In this document: positions 28,327 through 42,694 of the stretch, piece after piece
How positions within the stretch are numbered: position 1 is the first letter of the stretch
Layout of the letters: each line of letters begins with the position of its first letter
NCBI RefSeq assembly: GCF_009914755.1
Contig: NC_060930.1
Origin: the human T2T-CHM13v2.0 reference genome, Homo sapiens
DNA: 64,000 bases
Reading direction: 5' to 3' (one strand)
The notes under the pieces: generated by a model
The model's database searches: none
What the model was told of the DNA's origin: nothing
What the model saw: only the letters and a program-made list of their open reading frames with translations
Position numbers and translations under genes: made by a program

Positions 28327-28774
28327 CCCCTATCCTATTTAGTTAGAATTCAAGCCACAATTTTAAAAACACACAATTGATTAAAAGCAGCAAATGCATA
28401 ATTGCCACTCGACATCACAGATCTAGCATTTGGAGCTGTTGGAAATTTAATATAGCTCTGAGTTTTCTGGCAGTCATATAAATATATTTTTTATTCTGAT
28501 AAGTACTTATAATGTTTTGCAGAGTAATATGTACCTAAATCCTAACTTTAGAAAGGAATATATTTGTTTATGTCTTTATAAATGGGTATTAATATAATAC
28601 ATTTTTTGTCTTTACTGTTTCTCTCCAGGGCAGAAACTGTTTAAATAGCCAGTCTTAAGTCCTTAAATGCATTCTTCACAATGTTAGAGTAAAACGATTT
28701 CTGTATATTGTTTTTCGAAGTGCTATCTTTGGAAATAAGAATAAAGCATGAGATCCTAGAATCATGGAAGACCT

Positions 28775-29040
28775 AGAATAATTGTTATTATTAATGGCCA
28801 TCACTCTCATAGCCCTTATGCATCAGCCATACATATCTAGCATTTTACATATATTATTTCATGTAATAATCAAATCAACCATATAGTGGAGGTATTATTA
28901 ATACCACCTTAATTTCCTGTTAAGGAAAACATAGTTCCAAGAGGTCAGAAACTGTCACAAGGTATAGCTATTAAGGGACGGAGCCAGAATTTGATCTCAG
29001 ACAGGCTATTCCCTGGGCCTGCACTCTCACCCCCTACTGT
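28775..29040 (-). mobile_element. MIR
   Basis: GGTATTATTA...TAAGGAAAAC...GAGCCAGAATTTGA. Confidence 0.7.
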
Positions 29041-29504
29041 GTACTCTTTCACCCTCAAATATTCATGTGTTGCCTAATGCACAGGGTCATAATCAGTTCA
29101 TAGTTTAATTCATTCACAAAGGCCTTAAATGCAGTAAATTGAAGGGAATATCTCAAATATTTTACTATGATAGGATTTTGTGATTTTATGCATTCAGGGT
29201 CATCTCCTCTTCTTATAGAGTTGGACTGGCTCAAAGGTGTCCATAGAAGGGCCAATATTTTGTGCAAGAATCTTTCGATCTACTTAAATATTGAAAACTA
29301 CTATTCATCCAGTATGAAGTGCCAGAAGTATGAATTCACAATTTATTTTTTTAAATTAAGAGGAAATGTAGCCAATCAAAAACTTTAAGATAAAGTGTCA
29401 AAAGTTGGCATTTTGTAGAAAGATTGCTAAATGAATCATAAAATTGTCAATTTATCTGATTGAGTAGGGTTATTTTGTCATTCATTTAAATTTAGAAAAT
29501 TATT

Positions 29505-30030
29505 GTATTAGTTAGGTTTCTCTCCATTGAATATAACAGAAACTTAACTTGCATCACTGTTAGCATAAATAGGAACTTGCTGGAAGGATACTGGGAGTGA
29601 CTCATAGGACTGAGTGAAGAACTGAACAATTAGGCCTTGGAAAGATCAGGGTCTATGCGAACCACAGGCTAGAACACCTTGAGGACTCAGTGCTTCTCTG
29701 TGCATGGTGGTTTAACTTTTTCAGCTTTCTCTGCTGGTAGAAGACATGGCTACCAGCTTTTCTAGAATCATATACATATCAATCCCACTCAGGGAAAAAG
29801 AGAAAACTTTCCACTTGTAGCTTCAATGAGAAAATTCCATGGGAAGGGTTATGATGGGCCTCACTTAGGTCATCCACCTGACCCTGGACAAATCTCTGTG
29901 GTCATGTGAAGTAGACAGCATTATGGACTCAGCCTGGTCACGTGCCAATACCTGTTGTCAGGGGTCTAGAGTTTGAGATTAGATGTCCTACCACAACTAC
30001 ATGATCAGAATGGGCAGAAGAAAAGTAGGA
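29505..30030 (-). mobile_element. Ancient MLT1-type MaLR LTR
   Basis: TGTATTAGTTAGG...CCCTGGACAAATCTCTGTGG. Confidence 0.55.
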
Positions 30031-30094
30031 TGCTCTTCTGGGCAGATAAAACAACTTGTATTTGTTACAAATATTTATAAAACTCAGTTTTAAT

Positions 30095-30525
30095 TTTAGG
30101 GCAATGTAAGAGGAAGCTACTGCTTTGTAACAAAAATCCCTAACATCTAGTTGAATACAACAGTAAGCAATTATTTATTACATATCTATGGGTCAGCTGG
30201 ACAATTCTACTGATTTTAGTTGAACTTGCTCAAGCATTTGCAGGTTGCATAGGGGTTGACCAATCTGGGGTGGACTCAGCTGGGCAGCTCTGCATTATTC
30301 TCCCTGGACCAGCAGACTAGTCTTAATTTGTCTTCTCTCAGTGATGATTAAGGTACAAGAATATAAGCCCAATCATGGAGATATCTTTCAAGCATTTGAT
30401 CTCATTATTTCAGTCCTCATGCCATTGGCCAAAGCAAACCACCTGTCCAGCTCCAAAACAAGTGATGGGCAAACACATCCCATCTAAGAAGGTAGGTGTG
30501 TGAATGTTTATGAACAATAACCTTA
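30095..30525 (-). mobile_element. Ancient MLT1-type MaLR LTR
   Basis: CATTGGCCAAAGCAAACCAC...GAACAATAA. Confidence 0.55.
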
Positions 30526-31489
30526 CCTCCAAAATTAATTAATATCAAAATGTTCTTCCTGGAATTAAAAACAAGAGCACCTAGTTCTAACCAAAATTCC
30601 CGCAGGGTTTTTCATGAATTTTGATAAGTTGATCTCAAAAGTTTATATGAAAGAGTAAAGACTGAAAATATAGCCAAGATTGTTTTTCAGATAAAAGTAA
30701 AGTGGTGGGAATTATCAAGATTTTTCATAAAGCTATAATAATAAACCCATTTAATACTGATATAGGGAGCTACATGATGGAAATGGCCAAGGAGCTGTTT
30801 TTTGAAAGACAAGAGGTTGTAATATTCAATTTCAAACTGAGTTTCTATGACATTTCTCCAAACCTTCAGGCAAGTCTTCTCCATCCCCACCCCAAACACA
30901 TATACACACAATAGGAAAACTGAGAAAAATTCATGAGGACATGGATTCTATTCACTCTATCGTAGCATACAGAACAGGGTCTGGTGTACAGTAGATACTT
31001 GATAAAAATGTTCTGCATAACTAGATAAAAACTAGTATGAACAGGTTTGATGTATTTCCACAATGATAACCACACTGGTTGCGACTCCTATATATCTTTG
31101 AAGGTGTAGAGATGGTAGATTATTTACATTCCTTTTCAACATCTGGTAGCTCTGTCTTAAAATTTTTGCTTTTAAGTACTATGATAATTTGTGAGAGGTC
31201 TTAATACCCACCCAATTAACTTTTAGAGACTTGTGGGAATGAAACCAAGGAGTATGAAATTGAAACAGGCATTCAATTTCTAGATAAAAAGAGATGACAA
31301 GAAAAACATGTAAAAGAAGTACAGCATGAAATAAAAGAGGTAGGAGTATTTTCCTTAGAATATTAAGAAAATGCAATACTATTTTTTGCACAGTTGAAGA
31401 ACACGATTGAAGAGAATTACCTATCAGAGTAGGTTAGTGTTAGAAGCAGATGTTGTCTAGGCATTTTGTTGAAAGAGACAGACTTTTAA

Positions 31490-31660
31490 AAAGGTTTTTA
31501 TAAAATTTAAATTTTAATAATCAATATTTTATAATATAATACATTTACATTTTAGAAGTTACACTTAGTATATATTATATATAATTAGTATATGTAATAT
31601 ATATACTAAGTATAATAGTATAATATATCTTAGTATAATATATATGTGTTAAGTATTTAT
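31490..31660. repeat. AT-rich low-complexity tract
   Basis: Degenerate TA/TAGTATA repeats. Confidence 0.8.
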
Positions 31661-34530
31661 ATACCCGTTATTCCCTTGGGTAATTTATCCTTCATCTTCA
31701 TGAGCTTTTGGTCTTGCCAACTGTGTTTTGCTCTCTGTAGTCCATCTTTGTAATATAATCTTTGACGTGGGCAAGAGCTTACTGAAGTTATTGTTCCTTA
31801 TCTGGAGGGTTTACAAAATTAATATTAACAGAATGACTAGGAAAAAGGGAGAGCTGCGTGTCCAAATGGAGTTCCAAGAAAGGAATTGAAAGTGCCTGTG
31901 TTAATCTGTCTTCCCCACGAAGACTGCTAATACCGGTGAGGGTGGTAACAGGGTGGCCTGGTTCCCCAGAGCCTGGATGAAGTGACTGAAGTCATGAAGA
32001 CATTTCCACTGGATGGAAATATTTAACTGAATGGTGGAAAGAAAACATATTTCCATTCATTCAGAAAACACCGAAGGCCTACTGTGTGCCAAACATTGCT
32101 CAGCAGTGAACTAAGCAGATGAAAATCCTATTCTCCTTGGGTCTTCATGCTTGCACGCTTGCTTCTCTTACCCAGTTAATACTAGAAACTATGGAGGAGA
32201 AAATAGAGTGAAGGGTAGGGAACCAGCCCGCCTGAAGCAGCCATCGCTGACCCACGGAGAAAGGGCTGTGAGACTGGGAGAGAGAGGGAAGGGCATCAGG
32301 CAGGGCAGGATCCCAGGACAGGCTGGAGGGTGGTCCTGAGCTGGCCATCTGGGAGGAGTGAACTTCCTGACTAAGCAAAAGTAACTACCTATGAGGCCGT
32401 GGGATGAGATGAGTTTCCCATCATTATCTCTGTCCTTCCATTCCCGAAAAAATAAATAAGAAGAGAAGGTCCTCCTCTCCCAGGAGCTTCCCAGGGTGGT
32501 TTTAGTGGAATGTACTTGAGAGTAAATATCAGAAGACTTGGGTTCTAGTGTAAATTCTATTGCTGACAGTTTACTGGTGGGTAAAATGAGTTCAGTTTAC
32601 ATAGTCTCTCAGTTGTCTCTCAACTCTTTATGACTGTGTAGCCCACCAGAAGCAGAAATAAAGATATTCCCTGTTTTGTGTGCATACATTTCCTAGACCC
32701 AAACTCATGTCTTTGCATAATGCTTATCAATAGAATAACTAAATAAAGCATTATTCTGTTTATAATAGAATGCCTCATAATCTTGTATATTGTTGAAATA
32801 CCTCAATTAAAGTTTTATTATTATTACTGAAACTTCATGGCATGAAAAGTCAAACTAATTTTTTATTCTAAAACCACACCCACCAATTGCCAATTTGTCT
32901 TCAGTGTAACAACCACGTCTTCTTTGCCTATTGTAACTGTGTCTTAGTTTCTATCTGAAATGTTCACTTACCTGTGAAGTTCCTGATATCCCCAGTCCGA
33001 ATGCACTTTTTCGTCTGTCTTCTCTCAGCACCTGTTTTATCCCTCTGCTGAATCACTTGGCATATTCTCGCTTGTACTAGGTGTGTGTCTGTGTATGTGT
33101 AAGGGGAACAAACATATCTCCCACAAACGATTTTGAGTTCTTTGAGGGTAGGACTTGTATCTGACTCGTCTTCATATCCAAACAATTAACACAGCACATT
33201 GCATAAAGTAAATGCCCAACACACATTTGTGGGAGTGCATTTACCTGCCCTCTGACACATGCCAGTTGTTCTGGCTCCTGCAACTCCTCAGCTGCCTCAA
33301 TTCCTGGGAAACTCAGCTAATAGTGATTAAAACCCACAGATTGCAGAAAAAAGATGAGATAAAACACACAGATTGTCTGGGTCTTGGAAAGGAGCTATTA
33401 CAGATGGAATTGACATTGGCAAAACACCAAATAACATAAAAATGTGGTAGAATTGATTAATTCTGCCCAGTAAATAAACAAAGTTAATTTATCTTCTCAG
33501 TTAGTCACATATCTATGACTCCTGGCCCAGGTAGAGGTGGAGGCTGGCAGGCTGCTCAGGTCATAGGATGGCACCATTTAATTGGAGAGGCCCGGGCAGG
33601 GCTTTCCTACATACGTCCAATACTACCTGAAAGTACCTACCATACAGAATAGACCCCATCTGTAAGAATTCTGGTCTCTCTGGTTTGGAAGAGGGGAAAT
33701 GGTCTCTTTTTGTTTCTGCTTTTATTTATATATTATTCGTTGGGTGTGGGAGGGATTGCAAGGGTAGGAAACCCATAGTATCACAGGGGTCAGCTGATCT
33801 TCTTTGGTTAGTAAATAAAGGGGGTCCCCAGTCAGAGGCTCCAGGTAGCCATGTCAGAATGTACTCTTGGTGTTGAATCTACCATTTATCTTTCTAGCAC
33901 TGGATTCATTTCTTAGTTAATGGGTCTTTGGTATAACTTCCGGGCCAGATCAGTGTAATTGCAAACCACTTGAGTGGGATTTTTATTCCAGGGGATGTGG
34001 GCATTGGTACAAAGTGAAGAAGAGAGAAGTCTAAGATGAGTAAAAAATAGTTCTTATCTTCAAAGTTGGTTATAGTCCAGGAAAAGATGGGCATGTCCAC
34101 ACTAGTGTGGGAAGTGGTTTGTGTGGGCTGAGTGTGGAACTGAGCCAATTTCCAACTTCCACATTTACAGAGTTCTAAGCCTTTTCCTTTCAGCTGTTTG
34201 TTCAACCCACGGCTAACGAGCTCTGGAACAGCATGTGGAGCACACATTCATATGACAGGGTTTCTGCTTTTAAGGAGTTTGTAAGCATCTTGTGGAGAAA
34301 AAATTGACCCCATGAAACAAATAATATAAACATTTAAAGTGCTTTGTCATAAGACAGTAACATTAGGTATAAAATAATTTTATTTATAAAGAAAAAAATT
34401 GGTACTGGCTTGAGTAATTAAAGATGTCAAGAAGGAGTAGGATTTGAGGAGGACCTTGAAGAAAATGAGAGCTTACAGAGAGGGGAGTATCCCAGGAGGT
34501 GGCTGATCCACCAGCACCATAATCACATAA

Positions 34531-34991
<461 letters not shown>

Positions 34992-35169
34992 TTATTTGTC
35001 AAGTCAGGAGCAGTGGCATGTGCCTGTAGTCCCAGCTACTCAGGAAGCTGAGGACTAGAAGTGTTTCAGATTGCTTTGAACTTTGGAATATTTTCATATA
35101 CTTCAAATGGGATATCTTGAGATGGGACCCAAGTCTAAACACAAAATTCACTTATGTTTCATATACATC

Positions 35170-35511
35170 TGATATGGTTTGGCTGTGTCTCCACCCAAAT
35201 CTCATCTTGAATTGTAACTCCCACAATTCCCACATGTCATGGGAAGAACCTGGTGGGAGGTGATTGAACTATGGGGGCAGGTCTTTCCTGTGCTGTTCTC
35301 ATGATAGTGAGTCTCACAAGATCTGATGGTTTTAAAAATGGGAGTTTTCCTGCGCAAGCTCTCTCTTTGCCTGCTGCCATGCAGGTAATATGTGACTTGC
35401 TCCTCCTTGCCTTCCACCATGATTGTGAGGCCTCCCTTGCCATGTGGAACTGTAAGTCCAAGCCCAGCCTCAGGTATGTCTATATCAGCAGCATGAAAAC
35501 AGACTAATACA
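35170..35511 (+). mobile_element. THE1B solo LTR
   Basis: TGATATGGTTTGGCTGTGTC...GACTAATACA; TSD ACATC/ACACC. Confidence 0.9.
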
Positions 35512-35581
35512 ACACCTTATACACATAGCCTAAAGGTGATGTTATATAATATTTGTAATAACTTAGAGCATGAAACCAAGC

Positions 35582-35897
35582 TTTTTTTTTTTTTTTCTTT
35601 TTAGACAGCATCTCACTCTGTTGCCCAGACTGTAGTGCAGTGGTGTGATCTCAGCTCACTGCTGCCTTGACCTCCTGGGCTAAAGCGATCTTCCCACCTC
35701 AGCCTCCTAAATAGCTGGGACTACAGGCATGTGCCACCACTCCCAGCCCACCATGCCTGGCTAACTTTTGTATTTTTTATAGAGACATGATTTCACCATG
35801 TTGCCCAGGCTGGTCTTGAACTTCTGAGCTCAAGTGATCAGCCTGCCTTGGCCTATCAAAGTGCTGGAATTATAGGTGTGTGTTGCCCCTCTTGGCC
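35582..35897 (-). mobile_element. AluJ
   Basis: polyT followed by antisense Alu. Confidence 0.9.
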
Positions 35898-36689
35898 TAA
35901 ACAAAGCTTTGATTGCATTTTGACTGCAACCTGTCATATGAGGCTAGGTTTGGAAAATTTCTACTTGTGGTATCATGTTGGTGCTCAAAAAGTTCCTGAT
36001 TTTGGAGCCTTTCAGATTTCAGATTTTCAGATTAGGGATGGTCAACCTATTGGTAGCATAGCTTCCATGCCTTAACTAGTCCCTAGGCACCCAAACAAAG
36101 TAGCTGTGTGTTCCTGGGCAGCTACTTTGCAGGGCACTGTGCCAATACCTGGTCAAGCTCACATTCTAACCAACAGGCATAGAATGAAATTAATGCAATA
36201 ATCAATGGCATTCTATTCAATACTAGTTATGAAAATTTAAGCTGTAGGGAAATGGCCACGTTTAAACCTTACCAGGCTTCTAAGTGTTTTCAAACACATC
36301 ATCTTGTTGGATTTCCATTCAGTGCCTACCTGTGGTAGGGAGGCAGACTTCTACGATGGCCACAATTGATTCCTGTCTCCTGATATTCACATCTTATGTG
36401 ATCCCCTCTTGTTGAGTGCAGGCTGGATCTAGAGACTTGCCTCTTACCAAAAACATATGGCAAAAATAATGAGATGTATGTAACCTCTGTGACTAGATTA
36501 CAAAAGACTGTGACTTTTGTCTTCCCAGCAGTCTCTTTCTTCTTGGTGTTGATGAAGTTAATTGCCCTGTCGGACAGGCCCATGTGGCAAGGAACTGAGG
36601 GCAGCCTCTGACCAACAGTCAGAGAGAAGCTGAGGGGTCCTCAGTTCTATAACTGGAGAGGAACTGAAACCTCCCAATAGCCATGTAAG

Positions 36690-37971
36690 TGAAGGAGTGC
36701 AGGGAATTTCACCCCAAAATATGGCTCCCTGGTATAATGAGTATTTTGAATTAAAGTTCTTAAGAGATCAACAGATGCTGGGAATGACTTTTTCCTTATC
36801 CACATGAAGACTAGACAGACCCACCAAGAAGAACAATTAGTTTTTCTTCCTCTCCCTGTTATCACACTAGCTATTGCAGAGAAAAAGACCAAGAAGTAAC
36901 CAGACCTGATTATACCCCTTCACGAAATATCTCTCCCTCAGGCTCATTCCATTTCCAAAGAGAATCATTTATAAGTTAATCTCTGTTCCCCTATCCATTC
37001 ATCCTCCCAAGTATTCTTTCATTCTCCCTTATAATCATTTATTGCCCCTTAACAGAATTACCTATATTCCCATCACTCTCCTCCCCTCTAAAATAAGGCT
37101 ATATAAATATTTGAACCCCATTGGGATGTTGAGTAATCATTCTTGATTCTCCCTCATGGTATGTGAATAAATTTGTGTGCCATTTCTCCTATTAATCTGC
37201 CTTTGTCAATTGATTTTTTTCAGCAACCTTCTGACAGCTGTAAACCAAAAATAAAATTCTAAGCCCTGCAACTGACTGATGGACCCCTCTCCTGGCCAAG
37301 GTCATTCCAAAGTGAACCTGAAAAACTAGTTCAGGCCATGAACTAGTTTCAGTCTTGCTCTAGTATAGAATCACACGACATTTAGCAAACCCATAAGGAA
37401 ATCAAGTATTTTAGCCCAAAAGATATTTCTTTGACATGTTTTGAAATGGCCCTAAAAAGCTGTCTCTTACGGGGAACATCTCCATTCTGTAGAGAATCCC
37501 CTTTCTTTTCTGGATCTTTTCCCTGATCCAGGAGACCATTAACGAAGTGTCTGGCACCCTTTTAGATCTGATATGAGCTATGAAGCCTGCTACCTGTAGG
37601 CTTGATCTGCATAATAAAAACCTTGGTCTTTAGATAATAACCTAACTTTTTCAACCAATTGCCAATCAGAAACTCTGTGAATCCACCTATGACCTGGAAG
37701 CCCCTGCTTCAAGTTGTTCCACCTTTCTGGACTGAGCTAATGTACACCTTCCATGTATTGACTGATGTCTGCCTATAACTGCTGTCCCCTAAAATGTATA
37801 AAACAAGGCTGTAACCCAACTACCTTGGGCACATGTTCTCAGGACCTCCTGGGGTTGTGTCATGGGTCATGGTTATTACATTTAGCTCAGAATAAATCCC
37901 CTCAAATATTTTACAGAGTTTGACTCCTTTTGTTGACACAGCAAAGGGGAAGCTTTCCCTTCACCTCTACA
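36690..37971 (+). mobile_element. MER34/MER39-group solo LTR interrupted by MER4
   Basis: TGAAGGAGTGCAGGGAATTTCACCCCAAAATATGG...CTCTACA; TSD TAAG/TACG. Confidence 0.75.
37239..37938 (+). mobile_element. MER4-family solo LTR
   Basis: TGTAAACCAAAAATAAAATTCTAAG...TTGACA; TSD CAGC. Confidence 0.9.
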
Positions 37972-38923
37972 TACGTGAACTTGCAAGTGAATCTTTCCCC
38001 AGCTGACGCTTCAGATTGCCTTGATTGCTACCTGTGAGACAGCCTGAAGCAGAAGATCCAGACAAGTGCCCCGGAACCCAGTGGAAACTGTGATGTAATA
38101 AATATATGTTGTTTTAGACTCATTTGTTATGTAGAAATAGACTCTGTGATATGGCAGGGGTTAGTGATATCTCCACTTTAAGACCAGACAAATATGGCTC
38201 AGAGACAGTAAGTGACTAGTGTTGGGTAGTGTGGAGTGGCCAAGCTGAACATTTGTGATCTTCAGCCTGGTGATGTGTCACTGATCCCCTGCACCACTCC
38301 TCCTCCACATGAGTGTGGTACATATGGACTGTCAGGCCCTATCAATCTCTTGTTATTTGTCTCTTTCCTGTTTATCCACTAATGCTCAGCCCAAGCCAAT
38401 GTGCACTAAATGTATCTTTCTCTGTTCCACCGTAGTAATCTATAATTTTGAGGAGTGCTGGAAAATCCTGGGAAGCCGTATAGGGATTAAGCTCAGCTCC
38501 CCTTTTTTGGGGGTAACTAAGCCCCGTGCATTTGTGCTAGTGGGGACCATGCCCAGGCTCCGATCCTAGCTATGCCACTTAACGACTATTTGAAATGTTA
38601 CTAAGTGCCTCTGGGAATCCATTTCTATATCGGAAAAATGAAGGTAACACAACCTCTCTCTTAAGACGCTATGAAGATTAGGTCAGGTAACACACGAAAC
38701 CCCGATGTGCAAACATTCAAATGTTATGCTCCCCTTGCTGCTGTCTGTCCTTAATGTAGCCAAAGGTACCCATGCATCTAGGTCTTCTGAAAAACACATG
38801 CATGTTGGACAACCTGAGCTTTTAACAGTCATAATATAACATTTTCTTTACTTATATTCCAAGTTTATCTTTTATCCGTATTAGGTAATTATTCAAATCA
38901 GTTGAAACTGGATAAATATCTGT

Positions 38924-39551
38924 TGCAAACCAAAAATAAAATTCTAAGGCTCCCCAGCCATCTGAATGGACTTCCTCCTCAGCCAGGGTGCTCTTAAAAT
39001 GTAACCTGAGAGACTGGTTCAGGCCACGATGGGAAGTGGGGGGTCAGACATGCTTCATTATACCTCTCTGGTGTTAACATAACATAGACCTTAAGTCGGA
39101 TTGAAACATTTGCAATCTATTCTCTCTGAAGCCTGCTACCTGGAGGCTTCATCTTTATGATAAAACTGATCTCCACAACCTCTTATCCCAACCCAGGCAT
39201 TTCCTTTCTATTGATCCCAGGTATTAGATAAACACAACCAATTGTCAACCAGAAAAATTTTAAATCTACGTACCACCTGAAAACATCCCTCCCTTTTGAG
39301 TAGCCCTACCTGTCTGGACTGAACCAATGTACATCTTAAATGTATTTGACTGAAGTCTCATGTCTTCCTAAAATGTGTAAAACCAAGCTGGACCCAACCG
39401 CCTTGGGCAAACATTCTCAGGACCCCCTGAGGACTGTGTCACGGGCCACAGTCAGTCATGTTTGGCTCAGAATAAATTTCTTCAGAATACAGAATACAGA
39501 ATAATATTCTTCTGTAATAAATTTTACAGAGTTTGACTCTTTTCATGGACA
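38924..39551 (+). mobile_element. MER4-family solo LTR
   Basis: TGCAAACCAAAAATAAAATTCTAAG...GTTTGACTCTTTTCATGGACA; TSD CTGT/CTAT. Confidence 0.9.
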
Positions 39552-39649
39552 CTATGAGCCAAGTATCTCTAATATTCAAGGAGTACGCAAAGGCCTCTGT
39601 GGCATGATGGTCAATCCTATGGAAAATGAACATCTTGCCTTAACTAGAA

Positions 39650-39870
39650 GTATAGAATGTGCTGATTAGGGCTATGGGCTCTGAAGTCAGGCTTCCCAGT
39701 TTGAGCTCTCTGCCAGATTTAGCTGTGTGACCTACGGCTTTGTCATTTGAAAAATGACTATAAGGTTAGTACCTGTTCATGAGGTTGAGAGGAGAAGGTG
39801 AGGATTAAATGATTTCAACCTTGTTATGTGTGCAGCCCAGGGCTTTCAGCATAGCAAGCATTTTATACAT
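39650..39870 (+). mobile_element. MIR
   Basis: GGCTCTGAAGTCAG...AGCTGTGTGACCT...GAGGATTAAATGA. Confidence 0.75.
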
Positions 39871-40945
39871 ATTAGGCCTCGCCAGTTTCACTGAGAGTTT
39901 TGAAGAGGAATAAACAAGTAACTTCTGATATTATCTAAAGCTGAAGCCCAGAAAAGCACACTTGTGAAGGGAAGTTTCACTGTGTAACATATATTCAGGT
40001 TACGTATTTTACAATTACACATGGGGATAAATTCATTGATCTAGGCAGATTTTAATAGGTCTAGCTGGAAGCTTCAGAAGTGCAGTGATGGAATTAATTA
40101 GATACTAAGTCCTTGATGAAATTTGAGAATTTCATTGAGTCCTTGATTTGAGAATTGAACGTATTCAAAAGCCTTGCCCACAAGCTTGTAATCCCTATGG
40201 AACCAACCAAACTCATCAAGAAATGAGTATGTTTTTAAAGTCCAATTTGTGATAAATAGCTCTTTTTCCATTTTCCTTGCTTTCTGCGAGACAGGGGTGA
40301 GAAGCTCTGCTGAAGGTATTTCCTTAATGAAAGTGTTTCTTTTATCACGGAAAGGAAATATTGAGTTATTCCTGACAATTCCCCCTAACTATGAGCTCTG
40401 TAGCTCTCTAAGGAAGGAATCCTGTAGCTTTTCCTGAGATGCAGGGTCTGCCCGGCAGGGAGAGTGAAATAGACTAAGTCTGCCGCTCAGCTGCCTTTGT
40501 CAAGGGCCAGACCCTGGCCTTGGGAACTGACTCGCGGCAGTTTGCAAATGTATGTGCTTGGTGGGAAGCCTGCAGTTCCCTTTATTCTTGAACCACAGGA
40601 AACCTGATAGGGAAGCCGTAGTGTGTCATCCCTGACTACCCCAGCTTCCAAACAGGAACATCATGAGTAACTTTTCAGACAATATCAAACATGAACATTC
40701 AGTGTTTAACCAATTCTTTCTCCAGATGCAAATAACAACTTGTTCTACATCCTTTCCTACAAACCTACTGTTTAAACAGCCAAGTAAAAGAACAGATCTT
40801 CCACTAGGTTTGAAGCCTGAGTTTTTTACAGGGAATGAATAAGAATTTCTAATTTTTCTACCTCCCTCACTGTTACCATCCAACTTTTATTTCTCTTTCC
40901 TGGTTTTCCTTAAACCCCTATGGAAAGCCATCAAATCAAAACTAA

Positions 40946-41488
40946 TGAGAGCGTTCAGGACATGCTACCCCTAAATATAGGGGCACTTGGAATACTGAGT
41001 GTTTTAAGCTGAGGGAAACTGAGAACATTGTAGAAGCAGGAAGGCCTCCTGAAACTTCTCCCACCTTCTTTTCTGAAGCAGACTAGGAAAGTAGAAAGAA
41101 TTTTCTTACCATCCCCTGAAGCAGGTCATAAGACCCTCATTTGAGATGTATCTTTTCTGTACCCAGAGGAAAGGAGTATCTTTATCTGTGAAGACACAGG
41201 GACTCTGAGAAAAATCTCAGCAATAGGCCTTGCTATGATTACCTTTAGATCACACCCATCTTGTCCTCTAATCATACTTCCCCATGACTGTTCGCTTTTC
41301 ATTAAGCCTAAGCATAAAAATGCACAAGTTTACCTGTTTCTTTGATCTTCATATCCAAAGGCTCCTGTGTCACGTAAAGCTTCTATTAAATAAATTCATA
41401 TGCATTTCTCTTGTTAATCTGTCTTTTGTTATAGGGGCTTCAGCCATGAACCTAAGATAGGAAGAAAAGATATTTCTTTTGCCCTATA
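40946..41488 (+). mobile_element. MER39-family solo LTR
   Basis: GTTCAGGACATGCTACCCC...CAGCCATGAACCTAAG; TSD CTAA/CTAT. Confidence 0.8.
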
Positions 41489-42080
41489 CTATTCTTTTTA
41501 CTGGTATTCAGAATGACTAGGAATTAAAGACTTTTCCTATCAATTGTTTTCATATATGTACCTGCCTCTGTCTAAAAGCTTAGGAAATACACCTATGGAA
41601 AAGAGATAAATCTGTCTCCCGTCATGCTGTAGGATACATCTTTTACAACACAGATGACCCCCAGAAGAGTGATTTTTTATGCTCATTCTATACCTAGTTT
41701 GTTTTTAACTTAGTTGTGAGTGAAGCTCATTTCTTTTCCAAGCCCCACTGAGGTAGACATTACAAGTGTTCATCAATCTCTGGCTATTTTCTAATTCTGG
41801 GTGTATGGAGTGACACACTTTCCCACCCCCTTGAATTTAGGCTTGGCCACTTAGTTTTCTTAGGCCCATGAAGTGTGAATGGAAGTGACCTGTGTAGAAA
41901 GTGTTGGGAGGAAACTTTTCCTCTACCATTTTAGGCTTGGATTGTTGGGGCCCTGTGAGTTAATGGACAATAGGTAAACTAACAGGAGAAATGACAAGTT
42001 TATTAACCATGTCCATGTACACTGGGGAGTGCTTTAGTAACAAGTAAATCCCCTTTAGTAATGAGTAAATATGATAAATC

Positions 42081-42191
42081 TTTTCTTGATTATCTCTCTC
42101 ATTCTAAAATATTCATTTTTAAAAGAGATGTTATTATCATGTAAATAACATGACTCATTTTCTTCAGGGATTCATGAAAGATGTCTGTCCA
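42081..42191 (+). repeat. Direct duplication, copy A (~111 bp)
   Basis: About 85% match to 44238-44352. Confidence 0.9.
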
Positions 42192-42694
42192 AAGCTAAAA
42201 GGTTATACACCAATTTATCCACTAGCAAGAAAAGGAGAGGGGGAGTTTAGGACTTCAGTGAGAAAGTATGGAAGGTTCTATTGGGCTTTTAAATGCTCAT
42301 GGGAAGCTGAATTCATACTTCCTAATATTTAAAAGTCATTCTTCTGCCAAACAGGAAACTCCCTCGGAAGGACAGGGGTGGCCATTTCTCCTATTTCAGC
42401 TGTACTTTCTTGGGTGTATCTGCTTAAGTTTAGATAATGTTTCTTTCTGTGACTGATGACTGTTCACGTGTTGTTAGTTTAAAGTAATGTTAATCTCTTC
42501 AAAAGTATTTCATTGCTAGGGCGAGACTCTCTGAGCCCTGTCTCCCTGGAAATGATCATGGCAGCACATATTGTTACGTAGATGCTGAGCCATCACTGAG
42601 TGCACAGAGATCCTGGACAATCTCCTGGTCTACAGACTTCATGTAGGCACAAAAGAAACCTTGGTTAGTTTAAGCCTCTGCAATGTGTTGTTTG

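Larger units (their letters stand above)
35056..36049. mobile_element. Tigger4/MER46-type DNA transposon interrupted by THE1B and AluJ
   Basis: GGGACCCAAGTCTAAACACAAAATTC and TTTCAGATTAGGGATGGTCAACCT end. Confidence 0.8.
36330..38140 (+). mobile_element. MLT1F/G-like LTR split by nested ERV1 LTRs
   Basis: TGTGGTAGG... start; GCCCATGTGGCAAGGAACTGAGG; resumes at 37972. Confidence 0.75.

Noticed and set aside
37239-39551. Two MER4 LTRs as ends of one provirus
   Set aside because: Each has its own TSD, they differ in sequence, and the DNA between them is host LTR and MIR rather than gag/pol.
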